64,000 nucleotides of DNA from Podarcis bocagei (lineage: Eukaryota), in the NCBI GenBank assembly GCA_964188305.1, contig OZ076887.1; one strand, 5' to 3'. Both the position numbers and the translations under genes were made by a program. Positions 49,090 to 63,584 of the stretch are shown here, piece by piece; position 1 is the stretch's first letter, and each line of letters begins with the position of its first letter. The notes beneath the pieces were generated by a model. The model worked only from the letters and a program-made list of their open reading frames with translations. It was not told the DNA's origin and ran no database searches.

Positions 49090-50289
49090 AACTGAAGGAA
49101 GGTACTAATTGGAGACCATCCAAGACCATGGACTCCTCTTTAAAATAGGCAGTGGACAAAAATCCTTGATGATGAAAAGCTTCCTAGTCAGTCTTCCTCA
49201 CTGCTTTGAGCAACAAGAAATTTCTGCACCTACATTCCCAATTATAGACTGCTTTTGCCTTTCTGACTCATAGACAGCAGTTGTCCTTGTTGCTGATTCA
49301 ATTTCTATCCTGCCCTTCCTCCTGAAGGAGCTCAGAGCAGTAAACATCAAAAAGAAAAATAATAACAAAGCTAAAATGAAAAGTAATTGCAGAGTTCCCT
49401 ACAAAGAAGGATTGATTGTTAAACCACTCTGCGAATTGCAGCTCTGGGAGGGGAATAGGAGCTTCCTAACAACCCTTAACAAACTACAGCTCCCAGAATT
49501 CTTTGGGGGAAGTCATGCCTGTTTAAAGTGTTAATGTATGGCGAGTGTGGCCTTGGTGTGTGAGCAAAGCCACTGAGGTAGAGACTGGAAAAGAAATGAA
49601 TGTACATATCCAATCTGAATGTTGTGGTTTGGAAGGGACGGGGGGAAGACATTCTTTCTGATTATACAATTTCAAAATAGCAAACATGTGACATTCTTGT
49701 GTATTTCAGCTTTACCTTAAGCCCTGGGAACATTGATTTCTTGTACCTTTAGTTCAGTCAAGGTGTCAGTTTGATTTCAAAAGAATGGAGGGTTGAGAGG
49801 GATTTATAGCTAGTAGTTTAATTATTGGTGGAAGGGCTGATATCAACACTTGAGATGAAAGCTGAATCCCCCCCTCCCCCAAACTGAAAGCCATCAACCC
49901 ATTTCTGCTGAAATCTACCGGCTTGCTGTTTCACCTTAATGAGAAAAGGCTCAAGTTCCAAATCTCCCCTTCTGCTCCTTGAAAGAGGAAATCGAAGTTC
50001 ATTCTGCTGGTTTCATTTCCTCTGACTTGTTCCTCCTCTCTTGTTCCTGCTTCTCAAGGGGTCATTACAGGCACATTACTGAGTTGGCTGCACAAAAGCA
50101 CCAATGACTTTCTGCATCTGAGGGGCTTTGTGTCACCCTACAGCTCATCTACATTGAGCTTGCGTTGCATCTGTGCATTTACAGTAAATTTTAAGACAGA
50201 CTGGCATCTCTCAGGCAGACGGGCAATTTATGCCATCAGCAGACAAAACAGCCTTCAGGCTGGCTTTCTAGCATTTCATCTTTCTCACA

Positions 50290-50375
50290 TATAGAATAAT
50301 AGTGTTGGAAGGCACCTTGAGGGTTATCTAGTCAAACCCCCTGCAATACAGGAATCTCAACTAAAGCATCCATGT
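50290..50375 (-). mobile_element. CR1-type 3' tail fragment
   Basis: gttggaaggcaccttgagggttatctagtcaaaccccctgcaa matches the tail of the 58575 SINE. Confidence 0.6.
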
Positions 50376-53300
50376 TTTGCATTTCCCTGTGAAATGATCC
50401 ACCCAGCATTTATAAGCCACTGCTGTTACTATGCTTGCTCAGGAGATCTCCAAACATGTCTGTAAATTTCTTCTCTGTGTTCAGGGACTAAGCGCCCTTG
50501 GAACACAAACGGATGCAGGAATTCGGTTCAAATTGTGTCCTAAGGGGACATCTTCCCAATGCAACCCTGGCTGCATTTCATACTGTCAGTTTGGTGAGTT
50601 TGTCAAGTATTAAAGCCCTCGCCAACATGCATGTGAGGCAAGCATGGTTCACGTCATTTAGTTTGGGGAGAGGAGTGCCCTCACATGGTACTCAGGGAAA
50701 CAACATAGACAGGTCAGAGCTTTTCCAAGTAAGGAGAGGTTTGAAAGAATCTAAGAAACAGGAGGTAAATTAATAATGAGGTCTCCTAGGGAAAGAGAAA
50801 GAGAAAAGTGGACCTGCACAGTGCAACTTTTGCCTTTGGAGGAGGAAGGGGGGAGAAAACAGAATACAACAGAATTTACTAAAACAGGCAGGAAAAAGTT
50901 GATAGAGGTACAAAGACATTATCACCAATCCTTCTTAATCATTCTGTCTGGGATCTGAAGAAGTGGACAATGATTCAAGGGGAGCAACCTGGAACCCCTA
51001 AACTTAAGACAGGTGGCAAAAATTATATGGGACTTAGGAAAACTTTGGAGACTGAGAAGGGGAGGAGGCAATGAAGGATGGGATGAAGAGCTTGGGGAAA
51101 TCTGGCGTAACAAAGCGGTTATAGGGTCTGGTGAACCAAAGCTTACAAAAGAATTGAATGGCCCTGGGCAGGTAAGTCTCAGGTGTACAAGGGAACAGCT
51201 ATTGTGTGTTGATTGGTTATCAAAAAGAGAGGAATCTTACAGTGGATGTAGTACTTTATATACAGTACTTTTGTTTTTCGGGCTCAAGGAAGACCACAGT
51301 GAAGCGTTGCTTAGATCAGAGCTGGGTAGTGGCAGGGAATTTACACTCTCAGGAGGTCCCATGCTAATGAATAGTGGACAGGACTATTTTCTTGTCCATG
51401 TCAGTATAGACATTTGGTGGGGAACTGGCTTTGTTTACCTTATGCACCTAAGCTATTGCTCAGTTTTCTTTTACCAGGCAGAGTGGAACCTTTTGGAGCC
51501 AAGTGCTAGGAGATGCACACAAAATTACAATGAATATTTATTTGGTCTCCTGGCAACACCAAACAACAAAATATCTCAAGGTTTTTTTTTAGGCTCATGT
51601 TTCGCTCATTACCTAAATTGGATAATTATGAGACACAACAAGTAGAAATTTCAGCAGTCTGTTGAACAACTCAGTCTGGATGACTCAAACAAGATATCAA
51701 AACCACCTATTATAGAAAAAGGAATACTTCCATCCCAGGACTTTTAGTTAAATCGATCTGGGAAGAAAACATGGCAGTCTTGAACATTAACAAAAACCAC
51801 CCATTTGGTCTTGCAATGTATAAAATAAAATAAAATAAAATGAGAATGAGCTGCTCAGTACCAGCAGTGTCCTTCTCTGATGTATCAGAATGTAAGTGGG
51901 AAGAATGCTGATTCTGAAGTCATGTTCACCACCGATTTAGAGGAGGTTGCATTGACTTTTATATGCTGAACTTGCTAGATTTTCACTGCAATGAGCATCT
52001 TCTAAGCATCATCAGCACTTAAATCACCAGGGACCTTAAGTCCAGAATTGTATGTATCCAGACAATCCGGAGTCTGCACCAATAAAAGCTGCATTCTGCA
52101 ATCCATAAAAGTTGTGCAAATAGGGAAATATGCATGGTTGATCCTATTTTGTGTAAACTGATCTTTTTGCTAATTTGGGAAAATGGCAAGGAGCTGTACA
52201 GAAGACTGAGGCCCTTTCAACAACCACTGGAAATCTAGTTACTCGCTTCTCTAGATTCTGATTTCATGAATATGTTAACGACCATAATGGATAGAAACTT
52301 CCCTTTCATTTTCAAAAACCATCCTCCTGATACTCATAGTAAGGTTCCACCATCTGAGTGTAACACCATATGTGTTTTCTCAGAATTAAGTCTCACTGAA
52401 GTCAGTGGGATGTCTCCAAGGTTAGTATGAATAAATGTGTTTGCCTTAACTTTTGTGAAGGCAAGGAACTAAACTACTTCCTCTCACCACCATTTCAACT
52501 TAAAACTAAATAGCACCACTTTAATCTCTGGAGTGGCAATGATCAAATACTGGGGAGGTGTTCACGAGGGAAATATACACATTATTGAAACTACATTTAC
52601 ACCACATTTTTTCCAGTCATTTCCACTGGTGTTCCAAGATCATTACAGAAGAGTTAGCAGAGTAATTAGAGAAAATATTATTAAAAACATAGCTACACGC
52701 TCAGATTGAGTAAAATAAAGAACAACCCCCAAATCCAAAGTATCAGTTGAAACAAGGGCAGATTTCCAGAATGCATGGATTGAAGTGCAGAGAGAATAAG
52801 TACTCTGGTTCATAACATACATGGATTATTAGGATCACCGTCCATAAATATCTTAATTCAGAATAATTACTCTTAATCTGATTTAGGCTGTGATCTGAAG
52901 CATATTTACTTTGAAATAACTCCTTATTTAACACAAAGATTAGGACAGTGTTATTATCCCTACGGATATCAGTGAATAAGCAGTCTGGGAATAATGTTAT
53001 GCGGCTCTTAACATGTCTGGAGGAAAATATATCTCTAAAAGGGTATTATTATTGATTCTACAATTCTACAATTAAGCTTAGACCTGTGTCTAGCTTAAAA
53101 TAATGGTGATTATTTTGCTTTCTGTTAAAGGCTACTGTAATTTGTTATTTGGAATGCTTAGTCAGAGTCAGATCATACACTGCATTAAGAGTGTGCCTCA
53201 TCGCATATTCCAAGTGCTTCAATACTTCTTACAGCAACATTTTAAAGGGAGGGGAATGCTTTATATCTCTGCACTGCAGATTTGTATTAATTAAACTTCT

Positions 53301-53902
53301 TTCCCACCCTTCCTCACAAAGGATCTCAGGTTGGCAATGGGGCAATATATGTGGGCTGAAGGGTAGAGAACATTACTACTAAGGCCCCCTGATATTATTT
53401 ATTAAAAACTATTTAAGAGTTCAAACTGTCCCATGATTTCAGTTTGTTACTTACATGATATGTTTCATTGGAAGGGTGGTTTGAATACAATATCTAGCAC
53501 ATATAATGATGACATCAGGATGATAAAACATGACACTAAAGTAACCACATAGGGAATCAGCCACCAAGTTCACAAGTCAGCTGAGTAAAATACTAACCTC
53601 CAATGAATAATTACAGTTAAAACAGCCCAAAAATCTATTTAAGCAAACTCAAGATGTCTTCCAAACTCTTCTAAAAACTTGCAGTAATGGGGATGGACAA
53701 CATCTTCCACAAATGTGGGACCACTGCCCACCCCCCCGCAAGTCTCTCCCTTATGCCTGCCAGCCAGCCTTGTTGCTCTTCATGATTATAGCCAATCACA
53801 AAGTCCCATGGGAATACAATGAAATTAGTAAAAAAATCACAAAAATGATACCTCCTCAACCAATCAGATGCATGCAGTTGTGAACTATAACTGTTCTCTG
53901 AA

Positions 53903-54147
53903 GAGGAAGAGTTTGGATTTGATATCCCGCTTTATCACTACCCGAAGGAGTCTCAAAGCAGCTAACAATCTCCTTTTCCCTTCCTCCCCCACAACAAACA
54001 CTCTGTGAGGTAAGTGAGGCTGAGAGACTTCAGATAAGTGTGACTAGCCCAAGGTCACCCAGCAGCTGCATGTGGAGGAGCGGAGACGCGAACCCGGTTC
54101 ACCAGATTATGAATCTGCCGCTCTTAACCACTACACCACACTGGCTC
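53903..54147 (-). mobile_element. Squam3-like tRNA-derived SINE
   Basis: Reverse of gagccagtgtggtgtagtggttaagagcgg (A-box) ... ccgggttcg (B-box), with (ctt/cct)n tail. Confidence 0.9.
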
Positions 54148-55430
54148 TTTCTTCAGTCAACCAGCAATATCAGCATGTCTGTGGGTTTCTGGTGTGTATC
54201 ACTCCTATACTTTTTATTTTTCCAATGCTTCCCCCCTTCCTATTTTGTGATGTAGGGTGTTTGTATCTGGGTTTTTTCAAAACTAGTTTTAGCAAAGTGA
54301 AACAACCTTTCCCCTAGCAGCATAATAACATTGGATGGTGTTCAACAGTTTTACTCAGTTTACAGCCATTGAAATTAATGCACCTAAGTGAAACTGAGTT
54401 GAATGCCCACTCAATATAATTAATTAAGGAAGAACATTGGCTTATATACTAGGTTTGGAGAAAGCAGTATAGCACACAAAGTAAATTAAGGAATTGCAGA
54501 ACCGGCAATACTGAGATGGAAAAGGGTACAATAATTAGCAATTGTTCTATGGGAAAAAAAATAGGAAGAGCTCTTGGACAATGCAAACATTTTCTTTTCA
54601 AGCTGAAAAAATAGTATCGAGTAAAACAATGGCATTGGTGTATTATCTTACAAGTATCAGCACTGATGTAATTTCATAATTCTTATCTGTCTGAGCAAGT
54701 TGCCAAGCAGTTGTGAGTTCTTCCCAGATACTTTTCAAGAAATTTTTGTGTGTACCCAAATATACCCTCTAACTATGCACTTATGTGATTGGGTATGCTT
54801 TTGATAATGCACACGAAAGCCCAGTGTCAGTACACTATTTAATTTAATTTTTAAAAACCCAAAAGAGTCCAAGATGCAACAAGATGTGAGACACCTTGAT
54901 CCCATCTCCAGTGGCCCTCTTGGCCCTGCCACCACTTAGATGCCTGGCTGCCTGAGAGATCTTGTGCTCAGCAGCCTCCATATGACTTCTCCCAGCAGAG
55001 GAGCACATGGAAAAGAGTTCCAGATGATCAACATAAGTTTTAATGACCAATAACTAAAGACCTCAACATTCTGTATACTTTGCATCAAATTATGGGTTGT
55101 GTTCAAAGAAATGATGACTACCGAAGTTTTGTCATTTCCCTTTTTTTCTAAAATATTTTTTCTTAGCCAATTTGGATGTTACAGCAGATATTTTCCCTCA
55201 GGTCTCAAGGCATACAGATGAATATGCATTACAAAAGCTTTCCAATTACTAAAAAAAATTAATCAAAATCAAAAGTGAGATTCATTTACCTCTCAGGTTA
55301 TAGCATACTACCCATCTCTTGCCACAGCATGTAGTCTTCAATGGTTCCTTTGCCCTCTCTTCAAATGTAAATGTAATAGATGACTAGGGTGGTCCATTGA
55401 GGCATCTTTTCAGCAGCCAAGTTTTTTCTT

Positions 55431-55680
55431 GGGAGCCAGCATGGTGTAGTGGTTAAGAGCGGTGGACTCGTAATCTGGTGAACCGGGTTCGCTTCCCCGC
55501 TCCTCTACATGCAGCTGCTGGGTGACCTTGGGCTAGTCACACTTCTCTGAAGTCTCTCCGCCTCACTCACCTCACAGAGTATTTGTTGTGCGGGAGGAAG
55601 GGAAAGGAGCCGCTTTGAGACTCCTTAAGGGGAGTGAGAGGTGGGATATTAAGTCCAAACTCCTCCTCCTCCTCCTCTTC
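55431..55680 (+). mobile_element. Squam3-like tRNA-derived SINE
   Basis: gggagccagcatggtgtagtggttaagagcgg...ccgggttcg...aagtccaaac(tcc)n. Confidence 0.9.
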
Positions 55681-58574
55681 ACATACCAGAAAAGAGATGC
55701 TGAAATGAGTAGGCCACATAAATTTGTGGTATGAATTCTGACACCTTCAGGCAGATAAAATCTTGAACTGTACACACCCTGGACCATATTCAGCCTGCAG
55801 AATAAAACAGATGGGTTAGTGAGAGCTGGGATAAACAGTGGTTTAGTTCATAGGTACAGCACATTTTAGTCTAAATTAAACATTAATTAAATGACCTCAT
55901 AGTCTTGATTATATTCAATGTAATATACCTAGCCAGGGGGGGGGGGGGAGTGCAACAAGTCCTAATTAAATGTGATCCCTTGCTCTTATTATTCCACATT
56001 AATTAAGTCAAGTAGTGCTTCAGGTCTGGAGAACATAAGCCATGAATAAAGTATAGGGCAGAAAGTTTAAAAGCAAAAATACACTGATGAGGCAAATCTG
56101 CAGGGCACTTAGTTACCTTCTTTGTCAGAATAAATTCCTTTGGTTCTTCACCATGTTGAGTCATGACACTGATCCGTGGTTTGCATTTCAGGCATGAACA
56201 AAAGGGCACTACTAGGGATGACTTGATTTAAGTATTATCAAGACGAGTCACAAAATCCTTCTCAGTTGCAAGGCAGGAGCAGCCCCCACATCCACACTGT
56301 GTCATAAGAGAGCAGAAGGTAGGGCAAACTGCTCCAGGTGGTTTAGGTGAGCAAATCAAGTGATGCATCACAGCACAGGCAAACAGCTCAAAGGGTGGTT
56401 GGGGCTTAACCAGATAATATGAGAGAAATGAAGCTGCTTCTCATTGTCTCTCTCATAATCTCATTGCATTTAGCTAGATGTTACATTCTTTGCAAAGCAC
56501 AGTGTGATGTCATTGTGCAGTTACTCATCCTTTCCCTGCTTTTAGCTGTTGGTATGAATCCATGCATAGCGTGACAATGTTAGGGCATGCATTATGCTTC
56601 CCTAGACCCCTAGAAGAAGAGCGAGCCTCACTTCTTCCCTTTCTAGGGAGATGATTCATTACCCTGGGGGCCTGTGACAACACAGAAAATACAATCCATA
56701 CCATAATTATAACATCTATACATAAATCTGTAAACCCAAAACATTTGAGTTCACGCCCAAAGGTGCTATCCTCCAGTTTCTCCCGAAACAGATGGGTGCC
56801 AACAACAACAAATCCAAAAAAGATACACAAACAATACATCTGTGTCTCAAAAGCCCAGGTGAGTGGGTATGTCATCATTATGCATCCACCACCTAGATAG
56901 CAATGGCAGAATTTGGCTCATCTTGTCATAAAGTAGCAAAGGGAGCAACACTCAATTCATCACCCAACCTGTGTCCCGTGAAGATGACTGGGAAAAGAGT
57001 TTTCTTATGCCCCAGTGATGGAGACTAGCAGTCTAAATTTGTGAAATTTATTATTGATGCACAATTGATGCCAAGAGTTTCAGTTTGAAGGGCATCCACA
57101 GCATCAATAAGATTGCATGGCTCAAAGCTGCTTAGAGCAAGAACTACCAGTGCTATGCCTGTGGGTGCCAAGGAGCCCTTGATGTCTCCCCCTGGGGCCC
57201 ACAAAACTCCTGAGGTCTCCCACCACTACCACTACCACTGCTCTTTTGGTCATGAGGTTGTGAGAGTAGTTACCTTTTGTGCCCTTAAAAAGTAGGTGGA
57301 ATTAAATAAGGAAGTTAGAAGAGTGATGATCTTTCCGACTTCCTCTTTCAGTTCCATGTATTTTTTAGGATTCAGACTAATTCTCGTGGATCTGACATAG
57401 ATCTGCTGGCAAAAACGAAATTTGTGTGCAAGCACATCTCCTTCTGCTTTGGGGGCGGGGTTTAAAAGTTTAGTGGTACCCACACTTGCTCATAAATCCA
57501 AATGTGCCCAAATGCCTATAACTTGGCAATTCCTAGTTAGAGATTCCGATGGGACATAATTGGGCCAACTACTTTACAGTTTAAAGCCAGTGCTTTGATT
57601 TGTGGAGTGAACTGCTTCATTTCAGTTAGCTTTCTTGATATAATTGAGCCAAATATTACTTACAAAAAAAGATGTATAGGCGATGCTGCCAAAATTGGCC
57701 TTGAACAGGTGTTCTGATTTGTTTAAAACATTTTAAAGGTATGTGTATGTTAAACTTTCACAACAATAAGTACAGTAGAGTGACAACTGATGGGGAACAG
57801 CAATCTATGAGTAACTGGCATTTAAACAAGAGCCAAAAAATATTTGATTAGGCAATTTAGGCTTTAAGATGAGCTACAATGAGATAACCTTCAATTACTT
57901 AATATATCATCATTAATTTTAATCAGTCACATTTGTTGGGTATTTCCCCCCCACCCCCCGTGCTGCAAAAGTCTCAGCTAAAGTCTAATGCAACATTTGC
58001 ATCTATGTCTTCATGCACAAGGCTGTCTTAATGAAAATATGTGTCACTTTCTCTTGACACCTCATCAATGAAATGACCCCAGTTGACTTTACTATCAGTA
58101 TAGCTGCAGCTGAAACAGGCAGCATTCTGATAATCATATGCTGAATTTCACATTTCAAACTTATACTGACAAGGACGATGTTATCAGATAGCTGCTTTGC
58201 ATGCTGAAACATTGGAATGGGCTTTTTTTTAACCTTTCGGAAGAGCTAATGATTTTCATTCCCTCCTATCATTTCATTCACTATATTACATTTTAAAATT
58301 TGCTGCTAATTATAGTACTATTGATAAAACATTCTTCTTGACTGCGAATTTTATTATAATTGGACCAACTGGATGTTGATCAACTATGGCGGATACTGAT
58401 TTGAGACTCCCAAGTTAGCAATTCTATAGCTGAACAAAAATGGTCATATAATCCAGACTTTCCCATCTAGAAAGAAGGGGATTTGAGCCAAAGCAGAAGT
58501 GAAATTAATTGAGTTAATGCATGAGTGCATGTTTTTAAAATGTAACTAAAAGCGGGGGGGGGGGCATGCTGAGC

Positions 58575-58713
58575 ATCATAGAATTGTAGAGTTGGAAGGG
58601 ACCACGAGGGTCATCTAGTCCAGCCCCCTGCAATGCAGGAATCTTTTCGCCCAATGCGGGGCTCAAACCCACAACCCAGGGATGAAGAATCTCATGCTCT
58701 ACCAACTGAGCTA
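58575..58713 (-). mobile_element. tRNA-Lys-derived SINE with CR1 tail
   Basis: Minus strand tagctcagttggtagagcatgaga..ctt...gggtttgagcccc..ttgggcg head followed by ggactagatgacc...ggtcccttccaactct..attctatgat. Confidence 0.85.
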
Positions 58714-58925
58714 TAATACAACAACTTCCACCCTAAATCTACAATTCTTTATTGTCCTACTCAGAAGTTTTACTCACTTGGTTTGCTAATGTGAGAGGAG
58801 GTCATGGCTGCCCTGAGTGACTGGACCCCTGCCACCTTGCATGTTGACTAGCCCCCCCCAACCCCCCTTATTTGATAAGCTGTGCTGTTCCAATATATTC
58901 AGATAGTACTACACATTGTGTAAAA

Positions 58926-59290
58926 GCGGGTGGCGCTGTGGTCTAAACCACTGAGCCTCTTGGGCTTGCCTATCGGAAGGTTGGCAGTTCTAATCCCCAC
59001 AATGGAGTGAGCTCCCATTGCTCTGTCCCAGCTCCTGCCAACCTAGCAGTTTAAAAGCATGTCAGTGTAAGTAGATAAATAGGTACCACTGCAGCAGGAA
59101 GGTAAACGACATTTCTGTGCGCTCTGGTTTCCATCACGGTGTTCCATTATGCCAGAAGCGGTTTAGTCCTGCTGGCCACATGACCTGGAAAACTGTCTGT
59201 GGACAAACGCCAGCTCCCTTGGCCTGAAACTGAGATGAGTGCCACAACCCCATAGTCGCCTTTGACTGGACTTAACCATCCAGGGGTCCT
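58926..59290 (+). mobile_element. Sauria SINE (second subfamily)
   Basis: 12-bp TSD tacacattgtgt (58910-58921, 59291-59302). Confidence 0.92.
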
Positions 59291-59376
59291 TACACATTGT
59301 GTGCTGATGTGAATACACTTTTTAAATAAAAAGCTTCCATTTTAATGTAAAGTAGATCCTCAAAGTTTAATTATAT

Positions 59377-59831
59377 TGTTGTGAGTTTGGGGGATTCCAT
59401 TATTGAAGGGGACAAGCAAGTTTCTTGGTAAGTTTATGGCCCCTAAGTATGGGATGTTAGTATAAGGAAATAAGTTGCTCTGTGCCAGAGGGCAAACAGG
59501 TGGACTCCCCTCCCTCACCTGGCTAGTTGTGAGAAGAACAATAGCCAGAGCATGTGAGAGAACTGGGCAGGCTGCTGGCAAAAGCAAGAGAGTGAGAGCC
59601 ATGCTTGATTTCTGCTTGAATCCAAAGTTATGGGAGAAGCAAGACCTTCTGGGGTGTTAATGCTGTGAGCCCCTCCATCATAGGCTCAGGTTGTATATAT
59701 GTGTCAATAAACCATATATCATAAAGACACTGCAGTCTTTGCTATCCCTTATTCCAACGAAACTGAACCCTGATAAGTACCTGTAATCCCTGGAACTTTG
59801 CACTGCTCAGAGACTGGGGCGGCGTGCAACA
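59377..59831 (+). mobile_element. Solo LTR (Gypsy-like), 455 bp
   Basis: tgttg...caaca termini, aataaa at 59707, 4-bp TSD atat (59373-59376, 59832-59835). Confidence 0.85.
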
Positions 59832-60512
59832 ATATATCTGATATGTTTGTTAGAAAATACATGTTGGAGCAAATTCCCAACCCTAACAATCCAACCGAAG
59901 ACATGTTTCATTTTCTGTGACCGTAAATGTAGTCAATACAATAACTAGCAGCAATAGATGCTTAACAAGAGTTAAACTCCTAAAGTTGCCTTTCTTCTAA
60001 TGGAAATACATGGCATTGCATTTATTCCCCTTCTGAAATGGGAGGAGATGGTTATGTAAGCAAGTGTTTCTGAAATGCCAGCAGATACTAACTGGCTTGA
60101 CTGAGAAATGTTTAATGCGGAGTGGGAATGAAACAATTGGATTATTATGTTGTGTGAGCCTAATGGACCCCCCCCCCCAACTGGGAGCTTTTAATCCCAG
60201 GAACAGAGGAATAAGGTGTTACCTGTGAAATTGATGTTATGTTTGTTATAGCATATTCCCAGGAAAGAGAAGAGGGAAACAAAAAGACATGTTTACATTT
60301 CTGCAATAGATTATATAATGGATTGTACTTGCATTGTCTTACATTGTCCTACTGGAGCTGTTTTTATTGGAGGATTATCCTTAATCACGTCGTTGAGAAA
60401 CACATACTTTATACATTTCAAAGTGTATTGGGAAGCACCATGCAACAAGTGTATAATAAATATACACCCAAGATATGTGTTTCTCATCAACATGATGAAA
60501 GATAGCTATCTA

Positions 60513-60681
60513 CCGTATTTTTTGCTCTATAACACGCACCCGACCATAACACGCACGTAGTTTTTAGAGGAGGAAAATCCGTAGGCATGCCACCCATAGG
60601 CATTCCCTCCATAACACGCACAGACATTTCCCCTTACTTTCTAGGAGGAAAAAAGTGAGTGTTATGGTGCAAAAAATACGG
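60513..60681. mobile_element. Tc1/mariner-superfamily MITE (pogo/Tc2-like ends)
   Basis: ta|ccgtattttttgc...gcaaaaaatacgg|ta, with three internal ataacacgcac repeats. Confidence 0.9.
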
Positions 60682-62199
60682 TAATTAGTAGGATACTGCA
60701 ATTCACTGTTTAAAATGATTTCCCTTTTTCTATCAACCATAACAAATGCAATATAAATTCCACCAGTGATAAATGTATTATGGGTGGGCATCCACTGGAG
60801 ACAGGGAAAGGAGAACTCTGCTGCAGAAACATGCTGGTAGCAGAGCACATGAACTGCACGCTTGACCTAACAAAACAGAAGGTAGATTCAGGTTTTCAAA
60901 AAAGAAAGTGTTGTTAATACTTCAAAAGCAGGGACCAGGCTTCTCTGGAGTTCTTCTCATTTATCACTGAATATTCAGTAGAAGTCTGTCAAGCCGCTTG
61001 AGCTCTGGTGTACTCAGTGGGTACTGTGCATGCACACGGAAGCACGTATTTTATAAAATATATCAAAAATACAAATGTTAGGCACTATGCACAGATTTAC
61101 TCTTCATTTGACATATTGGTGTTGTAAGCAGCTTTGGGGGGGAATGGTTTTAAAAGCACGTAGAAATTAATCCAACTAAATAATCAAAGCAACTACACCT
61201 AGTTAAAAGTTGTTTGTTTGTTTATGTTAGAGTAAAAAGGAAAAGGAAATTTAGCCTGATTTAAATAAGAGATACTCTAAGCATGTGTAATTCTGCATTT
61301 TAAATACTCATTTAAATCATAGTGGCATCATGACAACATCAATAAACAGGGTTTGATTCTGCTACCTGATGCTACTTGGAAATAAGTGCCACTTTGTTGT
61401 AGAAAAATATAATTAAAAGTAAAAATAAGAGAATGGGCCTGTAGCCATGGATGTGACTTCTCTATGCTCAGAATGGTTTGCTGCCTTTTTAAAATGGCAT
61501 GTGAGAAATTCTCAGACACTACCGGCACCCTTCATCATTGTGTGGAGTATAGTTGTAATTAGTTATTGATTCACATAGCATTGTTCTACATTTGCTGCTA
61601 CAAAACAAAACTATCGATTGAATCCACTCAGGTTTTTCCTCATGGCGGTTATAAAAACCTATGGGCACATGCCGAAGGAAATGCATATATCCAGATTTTT
61701 TTATCTTATGAGATACTACATGCCCTTCACAGCTTCCCTCACTGATATGATAGTAAAAAGCTTTGGAACATTTATCCTTCCTCTGCAGAAAAAAGACAGG
61801 AGGCATCTGGTCCTTATTAGAAAAGGATGAATAATTGCTAAGAAGTTATGAAGTCATGGTCACTATCTCCTGCCTTAAATGAAGTTTTGCTTTTGTTTTA
61901 GTATAGTATATTGAAAGGCTCTATCATTCTCAGTGCCCAGCTTCCAACTTCTAATCTTCTGACCTACACTTGCAATTAAAGTAATGTGTATAACAGGGAT
62001 GGGAAAGTCCATGCCCAGGGGCCAAGTGTGGCCCTCTAAGACCTTTAAGATTTTTCCTAGGCCATATTTCTCCCCAGGCCTCATCCCTTATCAGTCCTGC
62101 CCTAGTACTTTTGTCTGGCTGAAATGTGATAATGCCTCTTGTTATTTGGATGGAATGAATGTGTCTCTCTGTGTGTAAGTTCTTCAGCACTTCAGGGTC

Positions 62200-62990
62200 C
62201 GGAGCAGTCCTGTTAAGATGAGCATGTACCACCATCTCTTTAAGAGGCAGTAGCACCTCTGCCTCATGAAAGAAGGTACTGACCACTTCCTGGACTCTCC
62301 CAGTCTATCTACCTTGATCAGTTTTAATAAGCCATGATAGGGAAGGGTCAACAAAGCAGATGGTCCACATCCTCAGGCCATAGCAATTGGACCAGATGGT
62401 GCTGTAGACACTTCCTCAGGGTTTCCTATAACACGGGTATTTTCTTTTGTATGAATCTGGACACTTATTATCTTCAAAGTGCTTCTTAAAAATATCACTG
62501 CAGGTTTCTGATGACTCACTTAACCCTTCCTGTTGGTCAGGTGTAATGAGCCTACTTGAAATTTGGAACAGCTGTATTGGAGGAGTAAAAGTAGTGTTTA
62601 TTCGCCACCATATGATAGGCACTCTCACTCATGTATGGTCAGGTTCATTTCAGGATTTTCCCTGCTTGCACTCTTGTCATCCTCACTCTTGCTTCATCAC
62701 ATGCAGTTCCCCAGAATACAAAGGAGCCAAATAGTGATTGGCAGAATCAGCAAGGGCACTTGGGAGTGATCACACTGATCGCCCAGATACATCTCAGCAT
62801 TCTGCAGAGCCTCAACAAGTCATGTCAACCAAGAAATTCCCCAGCGCATTGAGGAATCCACCCAATTCCATAAGTCTCTGAGAGACTATTTCAGTAGGTG
62901 CCACACCCTTACAGAGGGTTATATCACAGCCATTATATCACAGTTATATTAAACCGCACCAGGAATGATCTGTCCGTGACAACTGGATAA
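62200..62990 (-). mobile_element. Decayed L2 LINE ORF2 fragment
   Basis: Minus strand TICFVDPSLSWLIK (L2 TTCxLDPxPSWLxK) followed by VVSTFFHEAEVLLPLKEMVVHAHL (IVNxSLxxGxVPxxLKxAVVxPLL-like). Confidence 0.7.
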
Positions 62991-63584
62991 TGACCATGCC
63001 ACTGGATAATAAACATGCAACTTTTTGACAATGCGATACTACCAAGCAAAATAATTGGGAAGGTTTCCCACATCCATTTTATAATCAGAGAGAGACATTT
63101 GAGTTTCACTGAACACTGCAACTAAGCTGTTATACAATTCTACCTTTGCCATTACTACTGCTTCTAACTATATGCTATTACTGTTTTGTGATTATTTCTA
63201 CTGCTTCTTGTGCATAAAACTACATATTGCAATGAATACTTTCATCTGTTTTTAGCTTAGTATGTATTCTGGTTATTATTGTACTCAAGAAGCAAACACA
63301 AACCTGGATAGAGTTACAGCATTTCTGAAGCAGCTGCATATGTGTTTGAGCTTCATACCCTTTTTGGTCACATTCAGAACTGTCACGAACAGGTGCAAGC
63401 TCCTGGATTTAGAAAAGTTACTGCTTCAAATGCCAGAGGTATTGTCTGCCCTATTTCTAGTCAGCTCCAGATGAGTCCAATATCTGCTTCAGGTCCTTTG
63501 ACCACTCCAGCTTAGTGCAAACATTTTAAAAAAGAACCCCTCTGTGTTATGAATGAACCATTTTGCCATTCCAGCTTGCTGGAT

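Noticed and set aside
51013-51645. 210-aa ORF
   Set aside because: Non-ATG start and no domain similarity. Probably decayed repeat or chance.
58640-58713. tRNA-Lys gene
   Set aside because: Mutated arms and B-box, and fused to a CR1 tail, so it is a SINE head.
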